Of a stretch of 64,000 bases of DNA, positions 26,055 to 43,956 are shown one piece after another. The stretch lies in NCBI RefSeq assembly GCF_009914755.1, contig NC_060932.1. One strand, given 5' to 3'. A model generated the notes under the pieces. It searched no databases. It was not told the DNA's origin and worked only from the letters and a program-made list of their open reading frames with translations. Positions within the stretch are counted from its first letter, which is position 1. Each line of letters opens with the position of its first letter. Source of the DNA: the human T2T-CHM13v2.0 reference genome, Homo sapiens. Made by a program: the position numbers and the translations under genes.

Positions 26055-29000
26055 ATCACTTGTTCACTTTCTCTCATTATAGTTTAGTTTGCATTTTCTT
26101 GGCATTTGTATAAATGGAAACATACACGATGTGCTCCTCTTTGTCTGACCTTTTTCACTAAATTAAATATTTTGAGATTCATCCATGTTGTTGCATATAT
26201 CAGTAGTTCAATCTTTTTATTGATTAGTTGTATTCCATTGCACAGATATACTGCAATTTTATCCATTTGCCTGTTGATAAATATATGATTAGTTTCCAGT
26301 TTTTGGCTATTTCATGTAAAGCTGCTGTGAACATTTGTATACAAGTCTTAGTATTGACATATGCTTTTATTTCTCTTGGGTAAATACCTAGGATTAGAAT
26401 GGTTTGTCATATGGTATATGTATGTTTAACATTTTAAAAACTGACAAATTAACTCCTAATGTGGTTGTACCATTTCACATTCCCACTGGAATTGTATTAG
26501 CTTTCCAGTTGCTCCACGTACTCATGAACATGTGCGAAGGTCAGTCTTTAACTTCAGGCATTCTAATAGTTGTGTGGTGTTATCTTATGATTTTAATTTA
26601 TATTTCCCTGATGGCTAAGCATGTTGACCATCTATTCATATGATAATTTGCTATCTATTTATCTTCTTAGCTAAAAGGTTTGTTTAAATCTTTTGTCCAT
26701 TTTAAACATTGGATTGTTTGTTTTCTTATTATTGAGTTTTAAGAGTTCTCTATATTTTCTGGAAATGAATCCTTTATTAGAAATGTGATTTGTAAATATT
26801 TTCTTTTACTCTATGACTTCTTTCAATATCTCAGTAGTGTCAAACAGCATAGTTTTTTATTTTGATAAAGTTCAATTTATCAACTTTTAAAAATGGCTTT
26901 TGGTGTTATATCTATTTGCCTAATCTAGGATCACAAAGATTTCCTCCGATGTTTTTACCAAAAAGTCTTGTGGCTTTGTGCTTTACACTTAGGCTTATGA
27001 TTCACTTTGAGTTAATTTTTGTATATGGTGTGAGGTACAGATTAAAGTTGGGCTTTTTTTTGGCATGTGAATAGCTAATTGTCACAGCACAATTTGATAA
27101 AAATATTACTCTTTCTCAATTGCCTTGCATATTTGTTGAAAATCAGCATATATGGCTTATTTCTGAACTCTCTACTCTGTTTTATTGACCTATTTTATCT
27201 TTATACCAATACCACACTTTCTTAATTATTGTTGCTTCAAGTTAGGCAGTGTAAGTACTCCAACTTTGTTCCCTTTTGAAGTTCTTTTGGTTATTTTAGG
27301 TGGTATGCAATTTCATATAAGTTTTAAGGACAGCTTTTTCTAGGAAAAGAGAAAAACTGCTGGGAATTTGGTTGGGCTTTTGTCAAATCTATAGATCAGC
27401 TTGGGGGAGAACTGGCATCTTAACAATATTGTATTTTCTGCCCCATGAACACAGTATATCTCTCTATTTATTTACGTCTTTTTCATTTCTTTCAGCAATG
27501 ATTTCTAATTTATAAAGAACTGACTTTGTACATCTTTTGTAACATCAGTATTTTATATATTTAATGCTATTGTAAATCATGTTTTCATTTCAATTTCCCT
27601 TTGCTCATGATCATATAAAAGAATTGATTATTGTATATTGATCATGTATCCTGTAACCTAGGTAAACTTCTTTATTATTTCTATTAGCTTTTTCATAGGT
27701 TTTATTGAAATTTCACTTTGATAATCATGTTGTCTATGCTTATAGTTTTACTTCTTTTCCAATCTGGATTTTTTTTCTTTTTCTTTTTGAACTGGCTAGT
27801 CTCTCTGACACAATGCTGAATAGAGGTGGTAAAGAAGAATATTTTGACCTTGTTACTGATAATAGAGGGAAATCATTCAGTCTTTCTTATGTATGATTTC
27901 TAGCTGTAGACTTTGTAAAATGCTGTTTATAATGCTGAGGAAGTTTTCTTCTATTTCTAGTTTTCTGAGAGCCTTTTAAATGCATTTTCTATATCTCCTC
28001 AGATGTGCTTTTCCTTTTTTAGTCCTTTTATATAGTCAATTACATTGATTGATTTTTGCTTGTTAAATCAATCATGCATTCCTGGGATAAAACACTTTGT
28101 CATGATATATTAGTCATTTTGGATATTACTGAATTTGCTAACATTTTGTTTAGAATTTTTGCATCTGTGTTCATGAAGGATATCAGTCTGTAGTCTGTAG
28201 TTTTCCTTTTTCTAATTTTCTCTTTTCTTCTCCCTCTTCCTCTACCCCTTCCTTTCCTTCTCTTCTTATTTTTCTTCTTCCCTTGCAGCTTTCTCTCTCT
28301 TTCTCTCTTCCTCGTTTCTTTTTGTTTGTGTAATATCTTTGGTTTTGGTGTCATAATATGGGCCCCAGAGGAAGAGTTAGAACATATTTGCTTATCTTCA
28401 ATTTTGTAGGAGAGTATGTATGGACTTGGTATTATTTATTCTTTTAATATTTGCTAGAATTCATCAGTCAAACCACTGGGACCTGGTGTTTTCTCTGTTG
28501 GAAGGGTTTTAATGACAAAGTTAACTTCTTTAACAGATAGATGGTGATTCAGGTTTTTTCTTCCTGAGTGAGCTTTGGAAGTTTATGTCTCTTGGGAAAT
28601 TTGAAAGTTGTTCATAAAGTTAGCTTATTATCTTTTTAGTATGTATAGATTCTAGAGTGATGTCACCTTTCTCATTCCTAATATTAGTAATTGGTATATC
28701 TATGTCAAAATTCCTGATAAGTGTGGCTAATAGGCTTATCATTTTTATTGCTTTTCTCAAAGAATCAGCTTTTTTTTTACTTTCTTTGTTATTTTTTATT
28801 TCACTGACTTCCACTCGATCTCTACTATTGCTTCTATTCTTCTTACTTGTATTTTAATTTTCTTCTCTTTTTCTAGTTTATTGCATTGGAAGCTGCAGTC
28901 GTTGATTTGAGATGTTTTTGCTAATACAGACATTATTATATATTACCCTGCAAATACTGCTTTACCTGTACCTCAACACTTTCAGTATGTTGTATTTTTA

Positions 29001-31900
29001 TTTTTATTTAGTTAAACTACTTTCTGTTTATCTTTTGATTCATTCTTTAACCGGTGGATTATTTATAAATGTGTTAGCTTCCAAATAGGTGGAGATTTTC
29101 CAGATATTTTTTGTTTTTAATTTCTAACTTAATTCCACTGTGGTAAAAGGACATATATTGTATGACTTAAAACATTTTTTAAATTTATTGAGAACTATTT
29201 TATGGGTCTGAATTTGGTCTATCATGAAAAATGTTCCATGTGCCATGGAACATTTGAAAAAAAATGTTCATTCTAATGTTAGGTGGAGTGGTCTATAAAT
29301 GTTAATTAAGTTGTTTCACAGCATTCTTCTAGTCTTCTATAACCTTACTAATTTTCTGTCTACTTCTATTTCTGTCAGTTATCTCTGACTACAACTGTGA
29401 CTTTATCTATTTGTTCTCATAGGGGCTTCAGCTTCTGTTTCATGTATTTTTAAGCTCTCTTATTAGGGGAATAAATATTTTGGATTGTTATGCCTCTTGA
29501 TAAATTGACCCCTTTGTCATCATTATATAACCCTCTTTATACCTGGTAATTTGTTTTTTCTGGAATCTAGTTTGATAATAGCATAGACTATTCAAATTCC
29601 TTTTTATTTATATTACATGGTATACCTTTTAATATCATTTTATTTGTAACCTTTTTGTGTCTTTATATATAGAGTTTGGATCTTATAGAAAGTATATAGT
29701 TGGGTCTTGCTTTTTAATCTAACCAGACAAGCTGTATCTTTTCATTGGAATGTTCAGACCTTTTATATCTAATGTGACTATTTGTTTGGTTTGGTTTAAA
29801 TTTACCATCTTGTTATTTATTTATTTATTCATTTATTTATTTCTATTTGTCCCATTCAGGACTGGCTGTATAATTTTCAGGGCCCAGTGCAATATGAAAA
29901 TGTAGAGTCCTTGTTCATAAGTTATTAGTAATTTTACCAACAGCAGAGCATTAAAGCAAGCATGAGACTCTTCCAAGTGTAGGGTCTCATGTGACTGCAT
30001 AGGTCAGATGCCTATAATCCTGGCTGTGGTACCATCTCTTCTTTTGTCTCTTCATTCTCTTTCTCTGCCTTTTTTGGACTGTATTTTTGTTTTTTTGGTT
30101 GGTTGGTTGGTTTCTATGATTTCCTTTCAGATTACAGTTATTTTGTTGGCCTATTAACTATAATTCTTTTTTTGTTGTTTTAGTGGCTACTTAAGGTGCC
30201 TAATTTTCTTAAGAATGTTTAATAAGAAAACATGTTTATATGTACCTGTGTAGTTATTTCTGATTCTTTTCATTTATTTGTGTAAATACAGGTTTTCACT
30301 TTGTATCATTCTCTTCCTACACTGAGGACTTTAAACATTTTTTTTGTAGTACAGGCTTACTGTTACTTTTAAATTCATTAAACTCTTCTAGGTCAGAAAA
30401 ATCATTATTCCATATTTGTTTTTAAAGTATATTTTCACTGGGTATAGAATTCTAAACTGACAGATTTTTTTTTCAGCACTCTAAAGATGTTATTCCACTG
30501 TCTTACACTATGCATTGTTTCTGAAGAGAAATCTTCTGTCATCCTTAACTTCATTCATATCCTTTTTTTTCTGCTTGCATTTAAGATTTACTCCTTGTCA
30601 CTGCAATTACAATTTGATTATGATGAACCTTGATGTAGTATTCTTCATGTTTCCTGTGTTTGGTATTTGTTGAGTTTCATGAATCTGTTAGTCGTTTTCA
30701 TGTAATTTGAAAAGGTTTTGGTCATTATTGTTTAGGTAATTTGTTTTCTTTTCTTCCTCTTCTTCAAAGATTCCAATTACATGTATATTTGGCTGCATAG
30801 AGCTGTTCCATAGTTCACTGAACACTAATCATCTGGTTTTATTTCTCCTCAGTGTTTCATTTTGGATAGTTTCTATTATTATGTCTCCGTGTTACTCATG
30901 TTTTCTTCTTTGATGTCTAATCTTCCATTAATCTGAGCCAGTGTCTTTTTCATCTCAATCATTGTGATATTCATTTCCAGAAATTTGATTGCATCTTCTC
31001 AGATCTTTCTTAACATATTCAGTCTTCTCTCTAACATTACTGTTTAAAACACATTTCTGTTAATTCTGTTATCTGTGTTATATCAGAGTTGAGTTTAATT
31101 GATTGAGTTTCTCCTCATTATGGGTTATATTTTTCTGCTTCCTTGCATGCCTGTTAACATTTATTGGATGCCTATCACACAAAGTTATTTTACCTTTTTG
31201 GATACTAGTTATTTTGTATTTCTATATGTTTTCTTGAACTTTATCCTGGAATGTGGAACTAGCTGAATTTGTTTGGATTTTGTTTTATCCTTTGTTATAT
31301 GGGATAACAGAGGAATCCTGCCTATGGATAATTTTTCCCCACTACTGACCCTTTTTACTAATCTAATCAATGATTCATGAATTATGAGGTTTTAATTCTG
31401 GCTATTGGAAGCAGGCACTATTCCTGTCCCTGGGGATTTGGGGGACACTCTTCCTTTTAATATTTTGGATATTTCTTTCCCTGGCCTTGGGTAGTTTCCT
31501 TATATGAATGTGTTGACCTGTACTCAACTGAATACTTGAGACAAGTCTTTTGCAGATCTCTGGAGCTCTTCCTTTTTATAGCTCTTCTTTTTTCAGTACT
31601 CTGTTTTATAGACACTAGCAACTTATGCTTCCTTCAAGATTTTCACAATTCATAACTACTACCTTGTTCTCCCTGGGTACTTTCTCTGGGTACTAGAGCC
31701 TGGAAACTTTTTCTACTTAGTAATCTGGGGCAATTATAGAGCTTACCTCACTGGTTTCTTGCCCATCAGGGATCACTGTCCTTAGCTTTTACATGTCCAA
31801 TATCTTTATAACTATTTTTTCATATATTTTGTCAGTTGTGTCAGGTGAGAGGATAAAACTGGTCCCTATTACAAAATTGTGAAGTTTGGTTCCTGTTACA
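26055..31900 (-). mobile_element. Long antisense ancient L1M element (3' UTR through ORF2 and ORF1 to 5' region), heavily decayed
   Basis: gagattcatccatgttgttgcatatatcagtag; gggtaaatacctagg; tttttgcatctgtgttcatgaaggatat, whose minus-strand translation YRLISFMNTDAKILNKMLAN is an L1 RT motif. Confidence 0.85.
29857..30028 (-). mobile_element. MER45A-like hAT DNA transposon inserted in the L1M
   Basis: caggactggctgtataatt...gggcccagtgcaa...cagcagagcattaaa...; 8-bp TSD-like flanks gtcccatt / gtaccatc. Confidence 0.8.
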
Positions 31901-32165
31901 ATTTTGGCTGAAAGTATAAGTCTAACAATAGATTTTGATGAGTCAAAAGGACATATTATAATTTATAGTATGAGAATAAAATATCAAGAAAACTTTTAAT
32001 TTCCAAACCAATAAAGCTGAAAATGGAATTTAAAAAATTAGCCTAAAATAAGGCAAGAATAGAGTGAAAAAGTAACAAAGAACAGGCAAAACAAATAGAA
32101 AGACATACTAAAATGGTAGATTTAATACAATACATTAGTAACTACATTAAAATTAAATTTACTAA

Positions 32166-32525
<360 letters not shown>

Positions 32526-32664
32526 ATGTGCTGTTTTCAAAAGTAGTAACTATTACACAAGCTTACAGAAAGTTTGAAAATTAAATAATGGAAAAAATAT
32601 ATGCCCTGTTGAGCTAAAAACAACTGGTGAAGCTATATTAATATTAAACAAATTAAAAGCATAG

Positions 32665-33063
<399 letters not shown>

Positions 33064-33617
33064 TAAGGTTGTCTCAATACAGCAGAAATTAAGCCATGAA
33101 GCAAGAAGTCCATAGAAGGCATACTGTATAAGTTCATGACCACAATACAATTAAAAATACAATTTTTATTACTAATAGAAATTAGTAATAAAACAATATC
33201 TAGAAAATTCTCCTATGTTTAGAAAATAGATAATACATCACTAAATAACCCACGTGTAAAAACAAATCATAAAGGAAATTAGAAAATATTTTGAACAGAA
33301 TAGTAATGAATATACAATACTTTCACACTGATAGGAAAATTGATATCCTTAAATGCGTATATAAGACAAGAACCAAGGTTGAAAGTTAATGAGTTAACCT
33401 TTTATCTCTGGTAGTTAGAAAAAGAATTCCAACTCAATAAAAAAAAAAGAGAGAGAGAGAAGCAAATAATGAAGACATAACGTTACTGAAACAGCTGTGT
33501 TTTTTTAAAAAAAAACAAAAACAAAAACAAAAACCCCACAGTTATTGGATAAATTAATTCTGTCTTCTTGAAATTTCAACAACAGCTAAAGAAACAAACA
33601 AACAAAATAAAAAACCT

Positions 33618-33925
33618 GGCCAGACAGAATGGCTCATGCCTGTAATCCCAGCACTTTGTGAGGCCAAGATGGGTGGTTTGCTTGAGCCCAGGAGTTTGAG
33701 CTCAACCTGGGCAACATGGCAAAACCTCATCTCTACAAAAACTACAAAAATTAGCCAGACATAATGGTGCACACACCTGTGGCCGCAGCTACTTGAGAGG
33801 TTGAGGCAGAGAATTGCCGCTTGAGCCTGGTAAGTGGAGGCTGCAATGAGCTCTGATTGCACCACTGTACTCCAGCCTTGGCAACAGAGCAAGACTCTGT
33901 CTCAAAAAAATAAATAAATAAAAAT
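33618..33925 (+). mobile_element. AluJ
   Basis: ggccagacagaatggctcatgcctgtaatccc...gcttgagcccaggagtttgag...gaggctgcaatgagc; A-rich tail. Confidence 0.93.
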
Positions 33926-34176
33926 TTAAAATTTAAAATTTAAAAATAACAAAATACAAAACTCTCTGGGACTAGTTGGATCTCTGGAAAACTCTACTAA
34001 ACATAAAAGGAAGAACAAACTTTTTCAGAGAATTGAAAAAAAGAGAACACTCCTTAACTTATTTTTATAAGACCAGCATAATCCTAATATTCAAAGCTAT
34101 TATAGGAAAATAATAATTTAGGCTGATATTACTCATGAGGATAGATGCAAAAATTCTAAACAAAATACATACAAGT

Positions 34177-34480
34177 GGCCGAGGGCTGTGGCTCATGCCT
34201 GTAATCCCAGCACTTTGGGAGACCAAAGCAGGCAGAATACGAGGTCAAGAGTTTGAGACCAGCCTGACCAACATGGTGAAACTCCATCTCTACTAAAAAT
34301 ACAAAAATTAGGTGGGCGTGGTGGTGCATGCCTGTAATCCCAGCTACTCAGGATGCTGAGGCAGGAGAATCACTTGAACCCAGGAGGCAGAGGTTGCAGT
34401 GAGTTGAGATTATGCCGTTATGCTCCAGCCTGGGCTACAGAATGAGACTTGGTCTCAAAAAAAAAAAAAAAAAAAAAAAA
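34177..34480 (+). mobile_element. AluS
   Basis: Full sense Alu with a ~24-nt A tail; atacaag is present on both flanks. Confidence 0.95.
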
Positions 34481-34759
34481 TACAAGCATAATCCAGCAAC
34501 ACATAAGTTAAACAATACATTACGACCAAAATGAATTGACTTCAGGTAGATAATGTTGTTTTAACATGTATAAAATGCATTCGTGACGTTTCTCTCAGCA
34601 GAATAAAGGGAAAAATTATATGATTATTTCAACTGACACAGAAAAAGTACTTAATAAAATTCAGGTCCACTTATGGAAAATATTCTTAGCGAACAGGGAA
34701 TAGAAGGGAACCACCTTATTTACAAAACACCTGCAGCTAACATTATATTGTGGGCCACA

Positions 34760-34898
34760 TGACAAATATGATTGGCAGTTGGCTGCCAAAGAAATTGATC
34801 CAAACTTAAAAGGAAACCAAAGGGATCCGGCATCATGTCTGGCCTCACCCAAGACACAAACATGGTAAGTCCCTATTAAACATTTCTTTCTAAAAGGA

Positions 34899-34941
<43 letters not shown>

Positions 34942-35114
34942 AACACAGGGCCTGCTCAAGGAAGGCAAAATTCTGTTTTACTCTGCTTAGGTCAGACAGC
35001 ACCTGAGATATTATGCTGGCTTTGGGACCCTACTGTAACAGAAACATTGACAAACTGGAAAGACACAGAAAAGTTGATGGTGAAGATCATAAATCATGAT
35101 AAGTAAGCAATGAT
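34760..35114 (+). mobile_element. L3/CR1 LINE fragment (5' part; continues after the L1PA)
   Basis: ggctgccaaagaaa...; tactctgcttaggtcagacagcacctgag...acattgacaaactgga matches the L3 RT 3' region. Confidence 0.6.
34818..34936 (+). pseudogene. Short 5'-truncated polyadenylated retro-insert of unknown origin
   Basis: ATTAAA at 34875-34880, 19 nt before an uninterrupted A37 (34900-34936); TT/AAAA site at 34806-34811; imperfect TSD aaaaggaaac / aagaggaaac. Confidence 0.55.
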
Positions 35115-35393
35115 GAAAACAACTGGGGTGGTTCCAAGATGGCCAAATAGGAACAGCTCCAGTCTACAGCTCCCAGTGTGAGCAATGCAGAAGATGGGTG
35201 ATTCCTGCAATTCCAACTGAGGTATTGGGTTCATCTCACTGGGGGTCATGGGACAGTGGGGGCAGGACAGTGGGTGCAGCCCACCGAGTGTGAGCCAAAG
35301 CAGGGTGAGGTATCGCCTCACCTGGGAAGTGCAAGGGGTCAGGGAATTCCCTTTCCTAGCCAAAGGAAGGGGTGACAGATGGCACCTGGAAAA

Positions 35394-35576
35394 TCAGGTC
35401 ACTCCCACCCTAATACTGTGCTTTCCCACTGCTCTTAGCAAAAGGCACACCAGGAGATTATATCCTGCGCGTGGCTCGGAGGGTCCCACACCCACAGAGC
35501 CTTGCTCATTGCTGGCATAGCAGTCTGAGATCCGACTGCAAGGCAGCAGCAAGGCTGGGGGAGGGGTGCCTGCAAT
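35394..35576 (-). pseudogene. L1 ORF0 remnant (start codon ATG changed to ATT; premature stop)
   Basis: Translation IAGTPPPALLLPCSRISDCYASNEQGSVGVGPSEPRAGYNLLV matches primate L1 ORF0 (MAGAPPPASLPPCSLISDCCASN...). Confidence 0.75.
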
Positions 35577-36151
35577 TGCCAAGGCTTGAGTAGGTAAACA
35601 AAGTGGCCAGGAAGCTCAAACTGGGTGGAGCCCACTGCAGCTCAAGAAGGCCTGCCTGCTTCTGTAGACTCCACCTCTGGGGGCAGGGCATAGCTGAACA
35701 AAAGGCAGCAGAAACCACTGCAGACTTAAATGTCTTTGTCTGACAGCTTTGAAGAGAGTAGTGGTTCTCCCAGCATGGTGTTTGAGATCTGAGAATGGAC
35801 ATACTGCCTCCTCAAGTGGGTCCCTGACCCCTGAGTACCATAACTGGGAGACACCTCCCAGTAGGGGCAGACTGACACCTCACAGGGCCGGGTAACCCTC
35901 TGAGATAAAGCTTCCAGAGGAACAATCAGGCAGCAACAGTTGATGTTCAGCAATATTCGTTGTTCTGCAGCCTCTGCTGCTGATCCCCAGGCAAACAGGG
36001 TCTGGAGTGGACCTCCAGCAAACTCCAATAGACCTGCAGCTGATGGTCCTGAATGTTAGAAGGAAAATGAACAAACAGAAAGGACATCCACACCAAAACC
36101 CCATCTGTACATCACCATCATCAAAGACCAAAGGTAGATAAAACCACAGAG

Positions 36152-37168
36152 ATGGGGAAAAAACAGAGCAGAAAAGCAGAACATTCTAAAAATCAGAGCA
36201 CCTCTCCCAATCCAAAGGAATGCAGCTGCTCGCCAGCAATGAAACAAAACTGGATGGAGAATGACTTTGACAAGTTGAGAGAAGAAGGCTTCAGACAATC
36301 AAACTTCTCTGAGCTAAAGGAGGAAGTTTGAACCCAACGCGAAGAAGTTAAAAACCTTGAAAAAAGATTAGATGAATGGCTAACTAGAATAACCAGCATA
36401 GAGAAATCCTTAAATGACCTGATAGAGCTGAAAACCATGGCACGAGAACTACATGACAAATGCACAAGCTTCAGTAGCCAATTCAATCAACTCGAAGAAA
36501 GGGTATCAGTGACTGAAGATCAAATGAATGAAATGAAGTGAGAAGAGAAGTTTAGAGAAAAAAGAGTAAAAACAAACAAACAAAGCCTCCAAGAAATATG
36601 GAACTATGTGAAAAGACCAAATCTACGTCTGACTGGTTTACCTGAAAGTGACAGGGAGAATGGAACCAAGTTGGAAAACATTCTGCAGGATATTATCCAG
36701 GAGAATTTCCCCAACCTGGCAAAGCAGGCCAACATCCAAATTCAGGAAATACAGAGAACACCACAAAGATACTCCTTGAGAAGAGCAACTCCAAGACACA
36801 TAATTGTCAGATTCACCAAAGTTGAAATGAAGGAAAAAAATGTGAAAGGCAGCCAGAGAGAAAGTTCGGGTTACTCACAAAGGGAAGCCCATCAGACTAA
36901 CAGCTGATCTCTTGGCAGAAACTCTACAAGCCAGAAGAGAATGGGGGCCAATATTCAACATTCTTAAAGAAAAGAATTTTCAACACAGAATTTCATATCC
37001 AGCCAAACTAAGCTTCATAAGTGAAGGAGAAATAAAATCCTTTACAGACAAGCAAATGCTGAGAGATTTTGTCACCACCAGGCCTGCCCTAAAAGAGCTC
37101 CTGAAGAAGCACTAAACATGGAAAGGAACAACCGGTACCAGCCACTGCAAAAACATGCCAAATTGTAA
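36152..37168 (+). pseudogene. L1 ORF1p (RNA-binding), disrupted
   Basis: Starts ATGGGGAAAAAACAGAGC; KRPNLRL...QRTPQRYSLRRATPRHIIVRF and ARREWGPIFNILKEKNFQ fragments; TGA at ~36539 and frameshifts. Confidence 0.93.
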
Positions 37169-37231
37169 AGACCATCGAGGCTAGGAAGAAACTGCTTCAA
37201 CTAACGAGCAAAATAACCAGCTAACATCATA

Positions 37232-41045
<3,814 letters not shown>

Positions 41046-41344
41046 ACAATGAGAACACTTGGACACAGGAAGGGGAACATCACACACCGGGACCTGTTGT
41101 GGGGTGGGGGGAGGGGGTAGGGACAGCTTTAGGAGATATACCTAATGTAAACAACGAGTTAATGGGTGCAGCACACCAACATGGCACATGTATACATATG
41201 TAACAAACCTGCACGTTATGCTCATGTACCCTAGAACTTAAAGTATAATTTTTAAAAAAATGAAAAAAAAGAAAATAAGGAAAAGCACTTTGAGTGTTTT
41301 TCCCACACTCACAATTCCAGGAAAAAAAAAAAAAGAAAACAACT

Positions 41345-41650
41345 ATGAAGGAAAAACGTAACAAGTGGGCAGTGTTGCCTGGGGAGAAGGGCTCAACTGA
41401 CTTGCGTGTCTAGGGAATGTAGAACTAGTAATACAGGAGGGTATTTAAACATAGATGCATTCTGAAAATCCACAAAGAAAAACTCTTTAACAATTAAAAC
41501 TCCCTGAAAATGAGACGTATCTGCTTTCTATGTTTTCTTATGCTGTTATTATGTAGTAACCCAGATGAGCCTTCAGCAGGGATGCTGCAGAAAGGATGGG
41601 ATGAATTAGCAACATCTAAAATGACTTCTTACCCTAAGATTCTATAATTC
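41345..41650 (+). mobile_element. L3/CR1 3' remainder
   Basis: gggatgctgcagaaaggat...cttcttaccctaagattctataattc resembles the L3 terminus. Confidence 0.5.
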
Positions 41651-43956
41651 AATAACCCTAGATCAGAACATTCATGCTTTTTACAAAAGGCCATCGCAAA
41701 CTTACACCATGATTCTTAGAGCAGCAAATACAACAGCCATAACGTGACCGTCCTAAGTGTTAATTGCTTTTGTACCTCCTTTCTGAATGTTGTTAAAAAT
41801 CACTGATAAAGTTCATTTTTCCAAAGGATATTTTGCTATCTTGTCATTGATAAACTCTGAAGTCATTTTAATAAGACTCTTGGTCAGTCACCATAATGTT
41901 GTGTATGGTACTTAAAGTCCACCACTTAGCTTCTACTTCTGGAGTCAGGATTCTTAATGAATGAACAGCTCAAAGAAGTTCAACTGGTTTCTCAACAACC
42001 CTGAATTTGCTCATGACTTCTTGAACTCTTCTCATCCATTATACTCAGTTTACATATCATGTTTCTTTTCTTGAGACTGGCTCTATTTCCAAATGGCCTT
42101 CCGTATTTCTTCCCACCTTAACAGATTTTAAATTAAACAACAGCAAAAATGTAGCATTTCTACAAAATTTTCCATTTAAATTCCTTGGGAATCATTACCT
42201 TGTTAATGTTAACTTCTGATCTCTTTGTTTCATATTTATTACTCCTTATTTGAGCTGTGGTCCTACAAAATTGTATCCCATTTCTATGGCTGTATGAATA
42301 ACTTGTATTGCTACTAAATTTGGCTATATATCAGTTCCATAAGAATATTTAGGTGGTTCTAACATTTGATGGAGAATTTGTGTGGATTTCTCTATTTTTT
42401 CCCAAGCCATCAGTGCTTCTTTGCAAGCAAAGCATTTGTTAGCTCAGTAGTCAGAGAGGGTAAGTCACAAAATTAAGTGCTGCAAAGAGCAGCTCGAGTC
42501 AAAAGACCTTCATGGCTCTGTGGCTAGTGTTGGAAACCACTCCTGGTCAGATGTTTTGTATCTTCAGAAACATCTAAACAATGAGACAACAGTTAATGTC
42601 AAGGCTAGCACCCTCACATCTGAATTATAATAATGTAACAAGAGGATTTACACACACAGATATCATTTTTCACCATCTTTTGCGTTATGGTTTGTTCAGA
42701 TTGCCACGTTGCATATCATCTGTTTCCCCAGTAGATCCATTTTATTTCAACTACGTATGAAAGAAGTTTAAGAAGCTCTTTGCCCTTCTCTTTTAAATAA
42801 TTTTATTTTAGCAAATACATGTTTACTGCTTTATTTTACTTTATTCTTTATTTATTATTACTTTATCAAACTTAAGTTTTTAATAGGGCTAGAATAATTA
42901 TATATTGTTAATACTGAAATATTTTCAAGTGTAATTAGAGATACTTTTAAGGATTATTTCATTTTAGATCAGTATTAGTTTTTAGCCACCCTGAAATTTT
43001 AATATTATCAGAAATATATGTGTGGTCTTAAGGAATCCTTCCTATTTTTAAATTTACCTAAAAATTTCAGCTAATTATTTGAAAGTATGCTATTTTAAGT
43101 GGTTAATGTAAATTTTATATAGTGCATAATATTTTAAATGATACACTAGTAACCCATCAAATGATATTTATAGAAAATATTAACACTTAAAATCCCATAT
43201 TATAGATTTTTGGATAATTGATCTCTATAAAATTTTTATAAGTTAGAACATTTGAATGACTAAAAGAAGATATTTTAATAATACACAAATCTAATTATCT
43301 CCAAGTTTATTTAGAATTCCACAAATTAGATCATAAATACCTGTTCTATAATTTTGCTAAATGAATTTCAATTGTATATAACAAATTACAAAGCGTACAA
43401 GAAACTATTACAAAATGCATGAGTGTTATTTTGTATCCCAACATTGTGTAAAATTTAATAAAATTGGTATATTTTGGGTTCCTTCCAAAAGAGGTTAGTT
43501 ACTGGAATACTGGAAGAAATTTACTCTGATATGGTCTTACAGCATGGATCCTGAGGACACTGGGAGAGCAATAAAGCACAATTAAAAATTAAGAAATGAT
43601 TAGAAAGCCAATACAAATCAAAGTTGACCTTGTAGTAATGCTATGTTAAAGACAACAAAATCATACTTAGGAGCTGGTTTCCCAGAACAAAGATCAAGCC
43701 AGGCTTTTACTTATCTTTATATAATAAATTTTGGTCCCGACATAATTAAAAGGTGAATGACCTTTCTTCAGTAGGATATATTTTTAGAGAGTACAATGAA
43801 GAACATTTCCCCTGGGATACAAAAAAAAAAGAAGTAATTCAAAATTTTTTGCTTTATGACATAATTAATTTGAAAATTACATGAGGAAATGTAAAAATCG
43901 AATTCTTCTAATATAATGGAAGTAGGCTCAAAACTACAAAATTTGAGACTCTAGAA

